Made by a program: the position numbers and the translations under genes. Below, piece by piece: positions 55,151 through 64,000 of a DNA stretch of 64,000 bases (its first letter is position 1; every line of letters starts with the position of its first letter). A model generated the notes under the pieces. That model was given only the letters and a program-made list of their open reading frames with translations. It was not told the origin of the DNA and searched no databases. This stretch comes from an uncultured archaeon (GTDB lineage: Archaea > Altiarchaeota > Altiarchaeia > IMC4 > SCGC-AAA252-I15), in the NCBI GenBank assembly GCA_964587725.1, contig CAZPLO010000003.1:1135-65134 (forward strand). Reading direction: 5' to 3'.

Positions 55151-58020
55151 CCTGTTAAAATCGTCTCTGAAGCACTGGTGGTGGATGCGAAGCCGTCGTA
55201 GCTTATCTCATAGGACCTTACGAACCCCCAGCTGAAGTCTCCGTCGGGGCTGCCGTCGCCGTCGTAGTCTGGAACCAGGCGGAAGTGCTCCAGCGGCTCG
55301 ACCTCCCTGTTGTACAGCCCCAAGGCCCTGTACTCATCCAGGTACCTGCCGAGGTACAGGCGGGTAATCATGAAGTCGTTAAACTCTTGTGGAACGTAAA
55401 CAAGGGTTCTGAACTGCGGCATCCTGCAGATGCTCCCCTCCGGCAGCTGCTTCCAGTTCAACGCGCAAGCCATTATACTGGGTATTCTCTGCTCGTCGTA
55501 TCCCACCAAGGGGACTACGCCAAGGAGTGATGCGTCGTTGGCGTCCCTCCAACTGTTCCACGGTATCCTGTTCCCGTACGGGCCGATGACGGTTATGTCC
55601 GCTATGCTGTCCTCCACTATCTCGAACACTACTCCCGCGATGTAGCCCTGGCACCCGAATACCACCTGTTTGACTCGCCTGAAGTTGCCTTCGTCGTCGA
55701 CCACCAGCTGCTCCTCCACCTGGCTCTGGTCCGGGAGGAAACTGCACTGGACGTAGTTTTTGAAGGACCCTGGAGTTACGTTCTCTATGACGCCGGTGGC
55801 TATGAAGTGCAGTGCGCTGCCCTTCGGCACCATAGTCCAGTCTATGGTCACGTAGTTCAACCCCATCCCCCGTTTCTCGTAAACCTCGTTATACTCTTCA
55901 ACTATCTTGAAAGCCTCTTCCTCGCTGGTCTTGTTGACGAAGAAGCGGGCGACGTCCTGTATCTCATAGTAGTCGGCCTGCAGGTTGTCTATGAGCACCG
56001 GCCGCTGGCTCACGCTGGTGAACCAGTGGCCGTAGTCCCACCACGTCAGTATCGCGTCCCCCGGGTCGGTGTTCTGCTCGTGCCATTGGAGTGCGGGCTC
56101 CCAGTAGTATCTGTCGCTGGTGGCGCCCATGTGCATGACCTGGTAGCCCACGAACTTGTTATACTGCGTAGCCCCAAGAAGGGGGACGTAGAACACGGGT
56201 ATGAACAGCACCATGATGGCGCCCACCACCCGCAGGCTCTCCAAATCCTCCCTTTTAACCACCGCGAACAATCCTATGGTGGCTCCCAATGCTGTCACGG
56301 CTGTGCTGGACGCGAAAATCCATGCGCTCTTATGGTATGCCCCCCACAGCATCGGCAGGCTCCACGTAAGCAGGAACAGCGCCCCCACGCTACCCTTCCT
56401 GTACACCAGGTACGCGAGCACCGGAATCATCATCAGCCCGTACAGTAATGCTATGCCGTAGCGGTTGTAGCCCTGCGCCAGGAACTCCTGGAACGACCCG
56501 GCAAGCGGGTTCTGCTCCGAAACGGTCATGTGCACGACGCTCCTGGTTCTGGCGGACATCAACCCGTTGATGACGAAATCTATCATACTGGAGGGGGTGA
56601 TGAAGAATGTGAACGCCACTGTCCCAGCCACCAAGGCGACCACACCCAAAACCATTATGTTCTTACCCATCAGGTTCACCGTCCTGCTCTCCACCGAATC
56701 CCCTGATACCGTGTCCTCCCCGTACATGCGCACCCTCAATAACTCCAGTACGATGGACGCGCCCACAGCCGCTATTATCGGGTATACGGCGTTGGGCGTC
56801 ATGTCCGGGAGCGCCGGCAGCCCGCCCCTCTCATGGAGTATGAGGCCGCCGCCCAACTGCGCAATAAAAACGGGAATCAGTATGTACGGTAGCGCCTCCA
56901 CGGCGTTGCGTTTGTGCAGGAAGTTGACGAACGCGTACGCGGTCCCGAAGGCGCCCAGGGTGAGGAACGCGTACTGGGCTCCCCCCCACGCCACATTGAG
57001 CATGAGGAACGCCACGCCCGAGTAGGCAGCGTATTTGAAGCTGCGGCGGTGGTATCCCGCGAAGAACAGGTAGAGGGTGCTGACGAGCAGGAACATTCCC
57101 AGGGCGTCGTCTTCGCTGTTCGTCGCCACAGCCTTCATCGCGAAGGCTGGGCTGAGTATCAGCATGAACGCGGCCATGAACGCCGCCACCTTGTTGTACG
57201 GCCGCATGTCCGTGAACATCTCCTTCACCAGCAGGTACATAATCACCACCGTGAACGCCGATATGGCGCCGGGCAGCAGCATCGCCACGTCGTGCAGGCT
57301 GATTCCGAACGGCTCCAGCGCCAGGGCCAGCGACGAGTAAAGGACGGGCGTCATCATCCTCGTCGACGACTGGTCTAAGCCGTACATGCCCGCACGCCCG
57401 CCCATTGCAGACGGGTCGTTGCTGTGGGCCAGCCCTCCTAGCAGGGGATAAACCAGCGGGTCGAATTCAGGCGGGTATCCGCCGTCGTATATGCCCCGCA
57501 TCCACTTGTAATGCCAGTAGGGGTCGAGCGCGGCCAAATAATCTGTTTTCGCAGGCGCCATGTGGGTTATCATCCCCGACAGGAACAGCGCCGCCACGCC
57601 GGCCACCTCAGCCTTCACTACCCCATGGTAGGAGAGCGAGTACCCTAAAGCGAACACCGCCGCCACCGCGCTGAAGTACGTGTAGTCCTCGTTCAACGGG
57701 AACCCTATGGTGTTGCTGTAGTGTGAAAACAGCGCCGTTAAAAAAAGCAGGACGGGTATGCCGATGCTCCAGTAGTCCTTCTTCAGCCTCTTGTCTCTCA
57801 GAATAGTGGCGGCGGTCCACAGGAACAGCGCCGCCATCATCAATGGTGTGCTGTCTCGCAGGAACCCCCCACTCAACGGTTTAACGGACGCCAGAACCAG
57901 TGCGGCCAGCGGCGCAAGGAACAGGGGCCTGTCAAGGTGTTCGCCGACTTTCCCGAGGCCGTCGACGGGGAGGCTGACGGAAACCTCCTTCTTCTTTTTC
58001 CTCCTCTTAGAAGCCATCAC
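55147..58020 (-). CDS. aglB: Archaeal oligosaccharyltransferase AglB (STT3 homolog)
   Basis: 957 aa, 13 TM N-terminal domain, WWDYGHW (WWDYG) catalytic motif. Confidence 0.85.
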   Translation of the reverse strand: MMASKRRKKKKEVSVSLPVDGLGKVGEHLDRPLFLAPLAALVLASVKPLSGGFLRDSTPLMMAALFLWTAATILRDKRLKKDYWSIGIPVLLFLTALFSHYSNTIGFPLNEDYTYFSAVAAVFALGYSLSYHGVVKAEVAGVAALFLSGMITHMAPAKTDYLAALDPYWHYKWMRGIYDGGYPPEFDPLVYPLLGGLAHSNDPSAMGGRAGMYGLDQSSTRMMTPVLYSSLALALEPFGISLHDVAMLLPGAISAFTVVIMYLLVKEMFTDMRPYNKVAAFMAAFMLILSPAFAMKAVATNSEDDALGMFLLVSTLYLFFAGYHRRSFKYAAYSGVAFLMLNVAWGGAQYAFLTLGAFGTAYAFVNFLHKRNAVEALPYILIPVFIAQLGGGLILHERGGLPALPDMTPNAVYPIIAAVGASIVLELLRVRMYGEDTVSGDSVESRTVNLMGKNIMVLGVVALVAGTVAFTFFITPSSMIDFVINGLMSARTRSVVHMTVSEQNPLAGSFQEFLAQGYNRYGIALLYGLMMIPVLAYLVYRKGSVGALFLLTWSLPMLWGAYHKSAWIFASSTAVTALGATIGLFAVVKREDLESLRVVGAIMVLFIPVFYVPLLGATQYNKFVGYQVMHMGATSDRYYWEPALQWHEQNTDPGDAILTWWDYGHWFTSVSQRPVLIDNLQADYYEIQDVARFFVNKTSEEEAFKIVEEYNEVYEKRGMGLNYVTIDWTMVPKGSALHFIATGVIENVTPGSFKNYVQCSFLPDQSQVEEQLVVDDEGNFRRVKQVVFGCQGYIAGVVFEIVEDSIADITVIGPYGNRIPWNSWRDANDASLLGVVPLVGYDEQRIPSIMACALNWKQLPEGSICRMPQFRTLVYVPQEFNDFMITRLYLGRYLDEYRALGLYNREVEPLEHFRLVPDYDGDGSPDGDFSWGFVRSYEISYDGFASTTSASETILTG

Positions 58021-58713
58021 TCACCTGCCGTATCTCCGCTCCGTGCCGCTGAAGTCGTCCAGTATCCTGGCCAGGTCCTCCTTCTCGAACTCAGGCCACA
58101 GCTTGTGTACGAAGTATATTTCGCTGTAGGCCGACTGCCACAGGAGGAAGTTGCTGAGCCGTTCCTCGGAAGTTCGTATGATGATGTCGGGGTCGCTTTT
58201 CACCCACAGGTTGGCCCGGAGGTTGTCTTCCGTAACCTCCACTCCATGCTCAACCATGTTTTTTATGGCGTTCAAGACCTCCTGTCGGCCGCCGTATCCG
58301 ATGGCCAGGTTCAACGTGAAGTTCTTGTAGTCTCTGGTGGCCTCCTCCAGCTTGGACAGGTTCGACACCATATCAGACGCCAGCTTCTGGTTGGGGCTCT
58401 GCCTTATCAGTGAGTCAATGTCTCCGCAGACGTTGACCCGCACCTGTTTTTCCCGGAGGTTCTTGTCCTTCAACCCCTTCTTCGCGTTTTTGTTGAAGGC
58501 CTTGAAGAGGGTGTTTATCTCCCTGCTGTCGCGGTTGCCGAGGTTCTCCAGAGACAGTGCATACAGTGTTACCTCGTCGACTCCGAGGTCGTAGCTCCAC
58601 TGCAGGAAGTCGTAGAACTTGTTTATGCCCATGTTGTACGAGCTCAGCAGGTTCCTTATGTGTTTCTTCAGCATGAACCTGCGGTTCCCGTCCGGAATCA
58701 CGCCCACGTGCAT
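58021..58713 (-). CDS. uppS: cis-prenyltransferase (UPP/dehydrodolichyl-diphosphate synthase family), complete with C-terminal RxG
   Basis: HVGVIPDGNRRF catalytic N-terminus. C-terminal FSGTERRYGR. Confidence 0.8.
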   Translation of the reverse strand: MHVGVIPDGNRRFMLKKHIRNLLSSYNMGINKFYDFLQWSYDLGVDEVTLYALSLENLGNRDSREINTLFKAFNKNAKKGLKDKNLREKQVRVNVCGDIDSLIRQSPNQKLASDMVSNLSKLEEATRDYKNFTLNLAIGYGGRQEVLNAIKNMVEHGVEVTEDNLRANLWVKSDPDIIIRTSEERLSNFLLWQSAYSEIYFVHKLWPEFEKEDLARILDDFSGTERRYGR

Positions 58714-58774
58714 TTTAAATAACTTAACCTCTGATGTCTAAAATATGTGCAAACATATAAATTAATAATATACT

Positions 58775-59248
58775 ATGGAAGTGCAGGTCTTGGACGCGTC
58801 CGCGATACTCCGCAGCACCATGGATTTTTCCCGCGGAAACTACCTGATTCCGCAGGCGGCGTATGCGGAAGTCTTGGACGGAACCGCCCGGGCCGCATTG
58901 GAGGATGGAATACGGAACGGCGACATAAAAGTGGCTGAACCGGCTCCCGAGGCGCTGGAGAAGGCGCGGGAGGCGGCTTCCGCCACAGGAGACGTCGAAT
59001 CATTGAGCGACGCGGACCTGCAGTTGCTGGCGTTGGCCCTGGAACACGCCGCCGCCGTCGTATCCGACGACTACGCCATACAGAACACTGCCGCCGAACT
59101 CGGCCTGGAGGTGGTCGCAACATCGGCAGACGGCATAAAAAAACACATCAGGTGGCGGTGGGTGTGCGGCGGCTGCGGGAAATCCATGGACGGGTCTGGC
59201 GTATGCGGCGTATGCGGCCACAAAGCTAGGAGGAAGCCTAGCCCTTAG
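58775..59248 (+). CDS. Nob1-like PIN-domain endonuclease with C-terminal zinc ribbon
   Basis: PIN acidic residues (VLDASAIL...SDDYAIQNTA) and CGGCGKSMDGSGVCGVCGH. Confidence 0.55.
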   Translation: MEVQVLDASAILRSTMDFSRGNYLIPQAAYAEVLDGTARAALEDGIRNGDIKVAEPAPEALEKAREAASATGDVESLSDADLQLLALALEHAAAVVSDDYAIQNTAAELGLEVVATSADGIKKHIRWRWVCGGCGKSMDGSGVCGVCGHKARRKPSP

Positions 59249-59882
59249 CCTGTTCCACATACCATCTGAAGGAGTCGTCCAAGTCCTCTTTCACGGCGTC
59301 CGGCCACAGCCGCTCAAAGACGTGCAAGTAGGCGTAGGCGCTCTGGTACGGCAGGAACCCGCTCAACCTGCTCCGGCCGCCCCACCGCACAATCAGGTCT
59401 ATCTCAGGTATCCTGTAGGAGTGCATCCTGTGCCTCAGCCCCACCCTGCCGAGGTCCCACTTGTAGTCGTAGTTCACCAGCAGGTTCAGCCGCATTGACG
59501 CGTTTTTGCTGTGCCTTCTGTTCACGTATTTCCTCAGTTTCTTGGGGAAAATCTCGGAGTCTCGTTTACCCACAATGTTGAGGGAAAGCCCGTCTATGTC
59601 GTTCAGCCGGTCCACCAGGTTGACTATCGACTTCGAATAGGATTCAACCTCATGCGGTTCTCGCTCCCTGCTGTAGGGGAGGAATCCGTAGGCGGTGACT
59701 TCATTGACGCCGCATTCCATGCTGTACGTCAGTATCTCAACCGCCCTCTCAACCGCCTTCCCGTAGGCTTTTCCGACGTCGACTCCGTTTTTCCTGGCCC
59801 ACCTGCGGTTGCCGTCCGGTATCACGCCCAGGTGCCCCGGCACCCTCTTTTCTTTGCTCATGTAGTCTTCAAATCGCACCAC
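59238..59882 (-). CDS. Second cis-prenyltransferase paralog, lacking the C-terminal RxG motif
   Basis: HLGVIPDGNRRWARKNG catalytic N-terminus. Ends ...SFRWYVEQAKG. Confidence 0.7.
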   Translation of the reverse strand: MVRFEDYMSKEKRVPGHLGVIPDGNRRWARKNGVDVGKAYGKAVERAVEILTYSMECGVNEVTAYGFLPYSREREPHEVESYSKSIVNLVDRLNDIDGLSLNIVGKRDSEIFPKKLRKYVNRRHSKNASMRLNLLVNYDYKWDLGRVGLRHRMHSYRIPEIDLIVRWGGRSRLSGFLPYQSAYAYLHVFERLWPDAVKEDLDDSFRWYVEQAKG

Positions 59883-59894
59883 ATCTATAAAAGT

Positions 59895-61283
59895 TCACCC
59901 GAACCACTCCTGTTCCGTCGCAACCCGCATGTAGTCCGTTGAATCGTCCGTAAGGCTTTTCGCGGCCGTCAACCCCATGCTGATGCTGTGGTCCATGTTG
60001 TTGTAGCGGAACAGTCCGTTGCGTCCGAACACCCGCAGGTTCACCATGGAGTTCAGGTAGTCCAATATTGTCTTCAGGTTTTCCCTGTACCCTATGTCGT
60101 ATACGGGGTACGCGTACTCCATCCCGTGCGCCTCGCACCCCATGTACTCCCCCTCATCCACCAGCCCCATGGACGCCATCTCCTCCACGACACTGCCGCC
60201 GAGCTCCCCCCCGGCGTTCCATACTTCATCGCCGCGTCGGCAGGTCAGTTCCGCGGCCACAATGGTCTTGCCCTCCGGCGCATTGGCTTCGCTGAAGTTC
60301 TTGGACTCGCTCAGCCGGTTCGCGATGAACCTGGGTTCAGGCAGGTATATCCAGTTGTCCAGGCTCACCCGGTCCCTGTCGAACCGCATGTTAATCAGGT
60401 TTATGGACCTGAACCTGAGTTTCTCGGCAGCCTCCACGACACCTTCAGGCGGCTTCGGCTTCACCGCCCTGACGAAGTCCGTCAACGGGATGGTGGAGAA
60501 CACGACATCCTCTTCGCCGACCTCCACCCGCCCCCCATTCAACCCGACGTAAGTAACCCGTCCGTCTTCCACGCCGACATCATCCACCTTGGTGTTCAAC
60601 CGTATCTCACCACCCCCCTCCACTATCCTTTCAGCATATGCCTCTCCAATGGCCCCGATGCCGCCGGTGCGCGGATAATAGAATCTGCTCACGTAAGTTC
60701 GGGGTACGTTCTCCCGCCGGAACACGGTCTTCACCAGCGTGTCCCACAGGCTCAGCAGCGTAATCCTCTGCGCGGCCCAGTCGGCGCTCAACTCCGTGCA
60801 CGGCAGGCCCCACATCTTCTCCGTGTAGACTTTAAAGTATATCTCGTACATTTTCCGGCCGAAGCGGCTCACCACCCACTCCTCGAAGTTCCGGTCCCTG
60901 CTCGGATGTATTATGCCGCCTGCCTTCGCAGTCAGGTAGTCCACCACTATTTTTGCGGTGGTCAGAGGCGGCATCTTCAGGAAGGCGTTTTTCACCCGCA
61001 GCGGGTAGTCGAAGAACCTGCCCTCCAACTGTATCCGCGACCTCCTCGTCCTCTCCTCGAGCCTGCCCCCCAGCAGTTCTCTCACGTGCTCCAGAAGCTC
61101 CGGGTCCTGGGTGTGGAAGCGGTGCGGCCCCAGGTCGTGGGTGAATCCGCCGGACTCGTAGCTTCTGGCCAGACCCCCCACCCGCGCCTCTTTCTCTAAC
61201 ACGGTCACGGGGACGCCGTCCCCGGTCAGCTGGTGGGCGGCGCTCAAACCCGCCAGGCCCCCGCCCAACACCCATACTTTCAT
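59895..61283 (-). CDS. FAD/NAD(P)-binding oxidoreductase (amine oxidase / UDP-galactopyranose mutase-like fold)
   Basis: MKVWVLGGGLAGLSAAHQL (GxGxxG) and LEKEARVGG. The track ORF extends to 61562 and overlaps the next gene. ATG at 61283 or 61307. Confidence 0.55.
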   Translation of the reverse strand: MKVWVLGGGLAGLSAAHQLTGDGVPVTVLEKEARVGGLARSYESGGFTHDLGPHRFHTQDPELLEHVRELLGGRLEERTRRSRIQLEGRFFDYPLRVKNAFLKMPPLTTAKIVVDYLTAKAGGIIHPSRDRNFEEWVVSRFGRKMYEIYFKVYTEKMWGLPCTELSADWAAQRITLLSLWDTLVKTVFRRENVPRTYVSRFYYPRTGGIGAIGEAYAERIVEGGGEIRLNTKVDDVGVEDGRVTYVGLNGGRVEVGEEDVVFSTIPLTDFVRAVKPKPPEGVVEAAEKLRFRSINLINMRFDRDRVSLDNWIYLPEPRFIANRLSESKNFSEANAPEGKTIVAAELTCRRGDEVWNAGGELGGSVVEEMASMGLVDEGEYMGCEAHGMEYAYPVYDIGYRENLKTILDYLNSMVNLRVFGRNGLFRYNNMDHSISMGLTAAKSLTDDSTDYMRVATEQEWFG

Positions 61284-61337
61284 GTGTGAAGTTATTTGAC
61301 CCTTCATATTTAATCTGTTAATTCCATTGTCAACGAA

Positions 61338-62450
61338 ATGAAGGTTCTTGTAACGGGCGGAGCGGGGTTCATAGGCTCCCACATCGTCGACGCCCTGGTG
61401 GAAGAAGGGCATGAGGTCGTCATACTCGACAACCTGGAGGAGCAGGTCCACAAGGGGGAAGTCCCCGACTACCTGAACGGGGAGGCTGAGTTCATTCGCG
61501 GGGACGTCCGCAGCAGAGAAGATTTGCGGAAGGCGCTGGACGGCGTTGAAGTGTTGTTCCACGAGGCGGCCGCGGTGGGCGTCGGCCAGAGCATGTACCT
61601 GATAGAGGACTACGTGGACAAGAACACCAAAGCCACCGCCACATTGATGGATTTATTGGTGAACGAAGAGCACTCTCTGAAGAAATTAATTGTTGCGTCG
61701 TCGATGAGCATCTACGGCGAAGGAACCTATGAATGCGACTCACACGGCCTAATGCATCCGCCGCTGCGGCCCATGGAGCAGCTGAAATCCCATGGGTGGA
61801 GGATGAAGTGTCCCATATGCGGGGAGCCGATGAAACCGGTTCCCACCAACGAGGACAAGCCGCTGCGGCCGACCTCAATATATGCGCTGTCGAAGCGGGA
61901 CCAGGAGGAGCTGTGCATTATCACGGGCTCCAGCTACGGCATACCCGCCGTGGCACTGCGTTACTTCAACGTCTACGGCCCCCGGCAGTCACTGAGCAAT
62001 CCCTACACGGGGGTGGCTGCGATATTCAGCAGTAACATAAAAAACGACAACCCGCCGATAATATACGAGGACGGATTGCAGAGCAGGGACTTCCTCTCAA
62101 TCAAAGACATCGTTCAGGCGAACCTGCTGGTTATGAAGTCGTCGAAGGCGGACTACGGCGTATTCAACGTCGGGTCGGGTAAACCAACCACCGTCCTGCA
62201 GATTGCGGAATTGTTGGCTGAACTCTACGGCAAAGACATTGAGCCGGAGATACAGAACAAGTACCGCGTCGGCGACATAAGACACTGCTACGCCGACATC
62301 TCCAGGATAAGGAAGCTCGGCTACGAGCCGAAGGTGGACATACGCGAAGGCTTCAGGGAGCTGGTGGACTGGGGCAAGACTGCGGAGGCGGTGGATGAGA
62401 GTAGGAAGGCCGCCAAGGAACTTGTCGACCGGAACCTGGTTGAGAAGTAG
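61338..62450 (+). CDS. NAD-dependent sugar-nucleotide epimerase (extended SDR) with an inserted Cys/His zinc-ribbon-like loop
   Basis: VTGGAGFIGSHIV, YALSK catalytic YxxxK, and the insertion ECDSHG...CPICGEPMKP. Confidence 0.7.
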   Translation: MKVLVTGGAGFIGSHIVDALVEEGHEVVILDNLEEQVHKGEVPDYLNGEAEFIRGDVRSREDLRKALDGVEVLFHEAAAVGVGQSMYLIEDYVDKNTKATATLMDLLVNEEHSLKKLIVASSMSIYGEGTYECDSHGLMHPPLRPMEQLKSHGWRMKCPICGEPMKPVPTNEDKPLRPTSIYALSKRDQEELCIITGSSYGIPAVALRYFNVYGPRQSLSNPYTGVAAIFSSNIKNDNPPIIYEDGLQSRDFLSIKDIVQANLLVMKSSKADYGVFNVGSGKPTTVLQIAELLAELYGKDIEPEIQNKYRVGDIRHCYADISRIRKLGYEPKVDIREGFRELVDWGKTAEAVDESRKAAKELVDRNLVEK

Positions 62451-62451
62451 C

Positions 62452-63591
62452 TCAAACCTCTGCCCTGCCCTTGAGCATCACATACACTGCAGCGTACTCC
62501 GGCAGCTTCACCACGTCACCCGCATTATACGGGCCGTAGTCGTTCTCCATAAGCTGGAACACTCCAACATCCTCTGCAACATTCACCTTAACTTCCTCGT
62601 CTCCGAAGGCCACCGCGTCGACGAGGGGGTCGAACGACTCCAACTTATTGGTTTTTTTCGCCAGCAGTCCGCTGCCGCCGTGTATCGTATCCGGCAGCCG
62701 AATGAGCCGTGACGTGTCCAATGTGACTTGTTTGTCCGCATCCTTTATCGCGGCAGCCTTCGAGTATATCTGCCGCTGGATGTTGCCGCGGAACAGATCC
62801 CACAGCGCATCCCATTTCCCGTCCCTCAGGAGCCTCAGGTTCCTGTTGCGGTTGGACACAATCTTCTCCGCCGTCTTCTTCCCCACCCCATCCATTTTCA
62901 CCAGCTCCTCCGCAGGCGACTTAATCAAGCCCTCGGTGACGTCGTATATGCGTTTAGCCCATCCCCTGCTGTCCGCTGTCGGCCCCACCCTGCCACCCGC
63001 CCGGGCCCTGGCCTTTCCGCGTTCGAAGGTTATGCCCTCCATGCCGTCGGATTCGCTGATGAAGTATTCGATGTCCAACCCCGTCCCCGTAATGTAATCC
63101 ACTATCTCCCGCCGGGCTTCGCCGTTGAGGCTGCGGACTTCGTCGCCGGTGACGTGGATGTGGTAGCCTTTGCTGCCCGAGAAGTTCACCCGCATCTCTT
63201 TTTCGGTGAAGCCGAAGTCGTTTTCGAGGAAGTCGAGTATGCCGAACGCCTCCTCCTTCACCTCCTCCAGTCTCACGCGGTTCAAATACTCCATGGGTTT
63301 GTCCAGGTCGAATACCAGGTCTGCTCCGAGCCAGTTCTTCCTCTGCATGGGCTGGTTCTCCGGGAACTCATAGTACGCTGAAGAGTAGGAGATGAAGTAC
63401 GGCGCCTCCGTCCGCAGGTACTGGTGCAGCCGCTTCCCGGTCTGGAAGCTCTTGTGCCGGAACTTGATTTTGTCGTCCAAGGTGCCTACGCCGAACTCCC
63501 GCAGGTGTATTTCAGACGGCGGCTCAGGCCGATGCCTCCAATAATACTGTTTGAACGTCTTCTTCAGCCAAACCTTCGTCTCCGTGTTCAT
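62452..63591 (-). CDS. priS: DNA primase small (catalytic) subunit PriS
   Basis: LREFGVG and DLVFDLD catalytic motifs. 379 aa. Confidence 0.8.
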   Translation of the reverse strand: MNTETKVWLKKTFKQYYWRHRPEPPSEIHLREFGVGTLDDKIKFRHKSFQTGKRLHQYLRTEAPYFISYSSAYYEFPENQPMQRKNWLGADLVFDLDKPMEYLNRVRLEEVKEEAFGILDFLENDFGFTEKEMRVNFSGSKGYHIHVTGDEVRSLNGEARREIVDYITGTGLDIEYFISESDGMEGITFERGKARARAGGRVGPTADSRGWAKRIYDVTEGLIKSPAEELVKMDGVGKKTAEKIVSNRNRNLRLLRDGKWDALWDLFRGNIQRQIYSKAAAIKDADKQVTLDTSRLIRLPDTIHGGSGLLAKKTNKLESFDPLVDAVAFGDEEVKVNVAEDVGVFQLMENDYGPYNAGDVVKLPEYAAVYVMLKGRAEV

Positions 63592-63824
63592 ATCAGCCCC
63601 ATGGACTTCATCCGGTCGATTCCTACGCCCGCCGCCAGCACCTTCATGAACGCCGGCTCCAATCCCTCCTCGCCAACCCTTCTCTTAAGCTGCTTGAGGT
63701 TGTAGGACACCGCCCCCTGCGTTATGTCAAGTTCCGCTGCTATGTCGGACTGCGTGTATCCGAGGCCGCGCATCATAACAATCCTCGCTACTTCACGGTC
63801 AGACAACATAACCAACCACCTCAA
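63588..63824 (-). CDS. Small sigma-70 region-4/LuxR-like HTH DNA-binding protein
   Basis: LSDREVARIVMMRGLGYTQSDIAAELDITQGAVSYNLKQLKRRV. Overlaps the priS start region by 4 nt. Confidence 0.5.
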   Translation of the reverse strand: MRWLVMLSDREVARIVMMRGLGYTQSDIAAELDITQGAVSYNLKQLKRRVGEEGLEPAFMKVLAAGVGIDRMKSMGLI

Positions 63825-63851
63825 TAAAAAAATAGAATAGTTGATAATATA

Positions 63852-64000
63852 TTAGAATTCTTCGCGTATCATGTCTTCGCTGCCCTCCAACGCGTCGGGC
63901 ACCCTGTACACACTCCCGGATACGATGTCGTACAGGAGCGGCAGCACCTTCACCCCGCCCTCTCTAACCCGCTTATACTGTCTCGGATAATCCAGTTTCA
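63852..64000 (-). CDS. Partial CDS (C-terminal 48 codons; N-terminus beyond the window end), unknown function
   Basis: Manual translation: ...KLDYPRQYKRVREGGVKVLPLLYDIVSGSVYRVPDALEGSEDMIREEF*. Confidence 0.25.
   Translation of the reverse strand, partial: KLDYPRQYKRVREGGVKVLPLLYDIVSGSVYRVPDALEGSEDMIREEF

Noticed and set aside
59988-61199. 403-aa plus-strand ORF
   Set aside because: Antisense to the FAD oxidoreductase gene, Pro/Arg/His-rich with no motifs. The minus-strand frame has a clear Rossmann motif.
61284-61562. Extended N-terminus of the FAD oxidoreductase ORF
   Set aside because: It overlaps the start of the divergent epimerase gene (61338) and precedes the Rossmann motif by more than 90 residues of low-quality sequence. 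ATG at 61283 chosen.

Overview
High-GC (about 60%) archaeal chromosomal segment. The archaeal assignment rests on aCPSF1 (FttA), proteasome beta subunit, primase PriS, Nob1, AglB oligosaccharyltransferase, endonuclease Q, archaeal-type riboflavin synthase and an intron-containing tRNA. The first 11 kb is a co-oriented cysteine/sulfur block on the minus strand: HMA-permease, copZ, iscU, iscS, membrane wHTH, cysS, tRNA-Cys, cysE, cysK, then 4Fe-4S protein, metX, metY. A 14-16 bp palindrome GTTAACAATTGTTAAC recurs in the promoters of this block. The middle encodes housekeeping functions (two argG plus argH, rib operon, CorA, GDT1, Na/Pi symporter) interspersed with metal-handling and Cys-rich/Thr-rich surface proteins. 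A ParDE toxin-antitoxin cassette sits between 33-bp direct repeats. From 41.9 kb onward there is a cell-surface/N-glycosylation island: GT-C, GT4 and GT2 glycosyltransferases, epimerases, a B12-radical SAM enzyme, AglB and two cis-prenyltransferases. Embedded in it, at 51678-55150, is a tandem array of nine paralogous small Sec-exported two-helix membrane-hairpin proteins. They share an invariant SADDPGGRKQ loop, a flanking Cys pair and a conserved upstream element. This array is the strongest candidate for an undescribed system (a VirB2/TrbC-like pilin-fold family is one hypothesis). Coordinates follow the supplied ORF track where available. Track starts are maximal (ATG/GTG/TTG) and several true starts are probably internal. 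Coordinates I derived by hand may be off by 1-2 nt.
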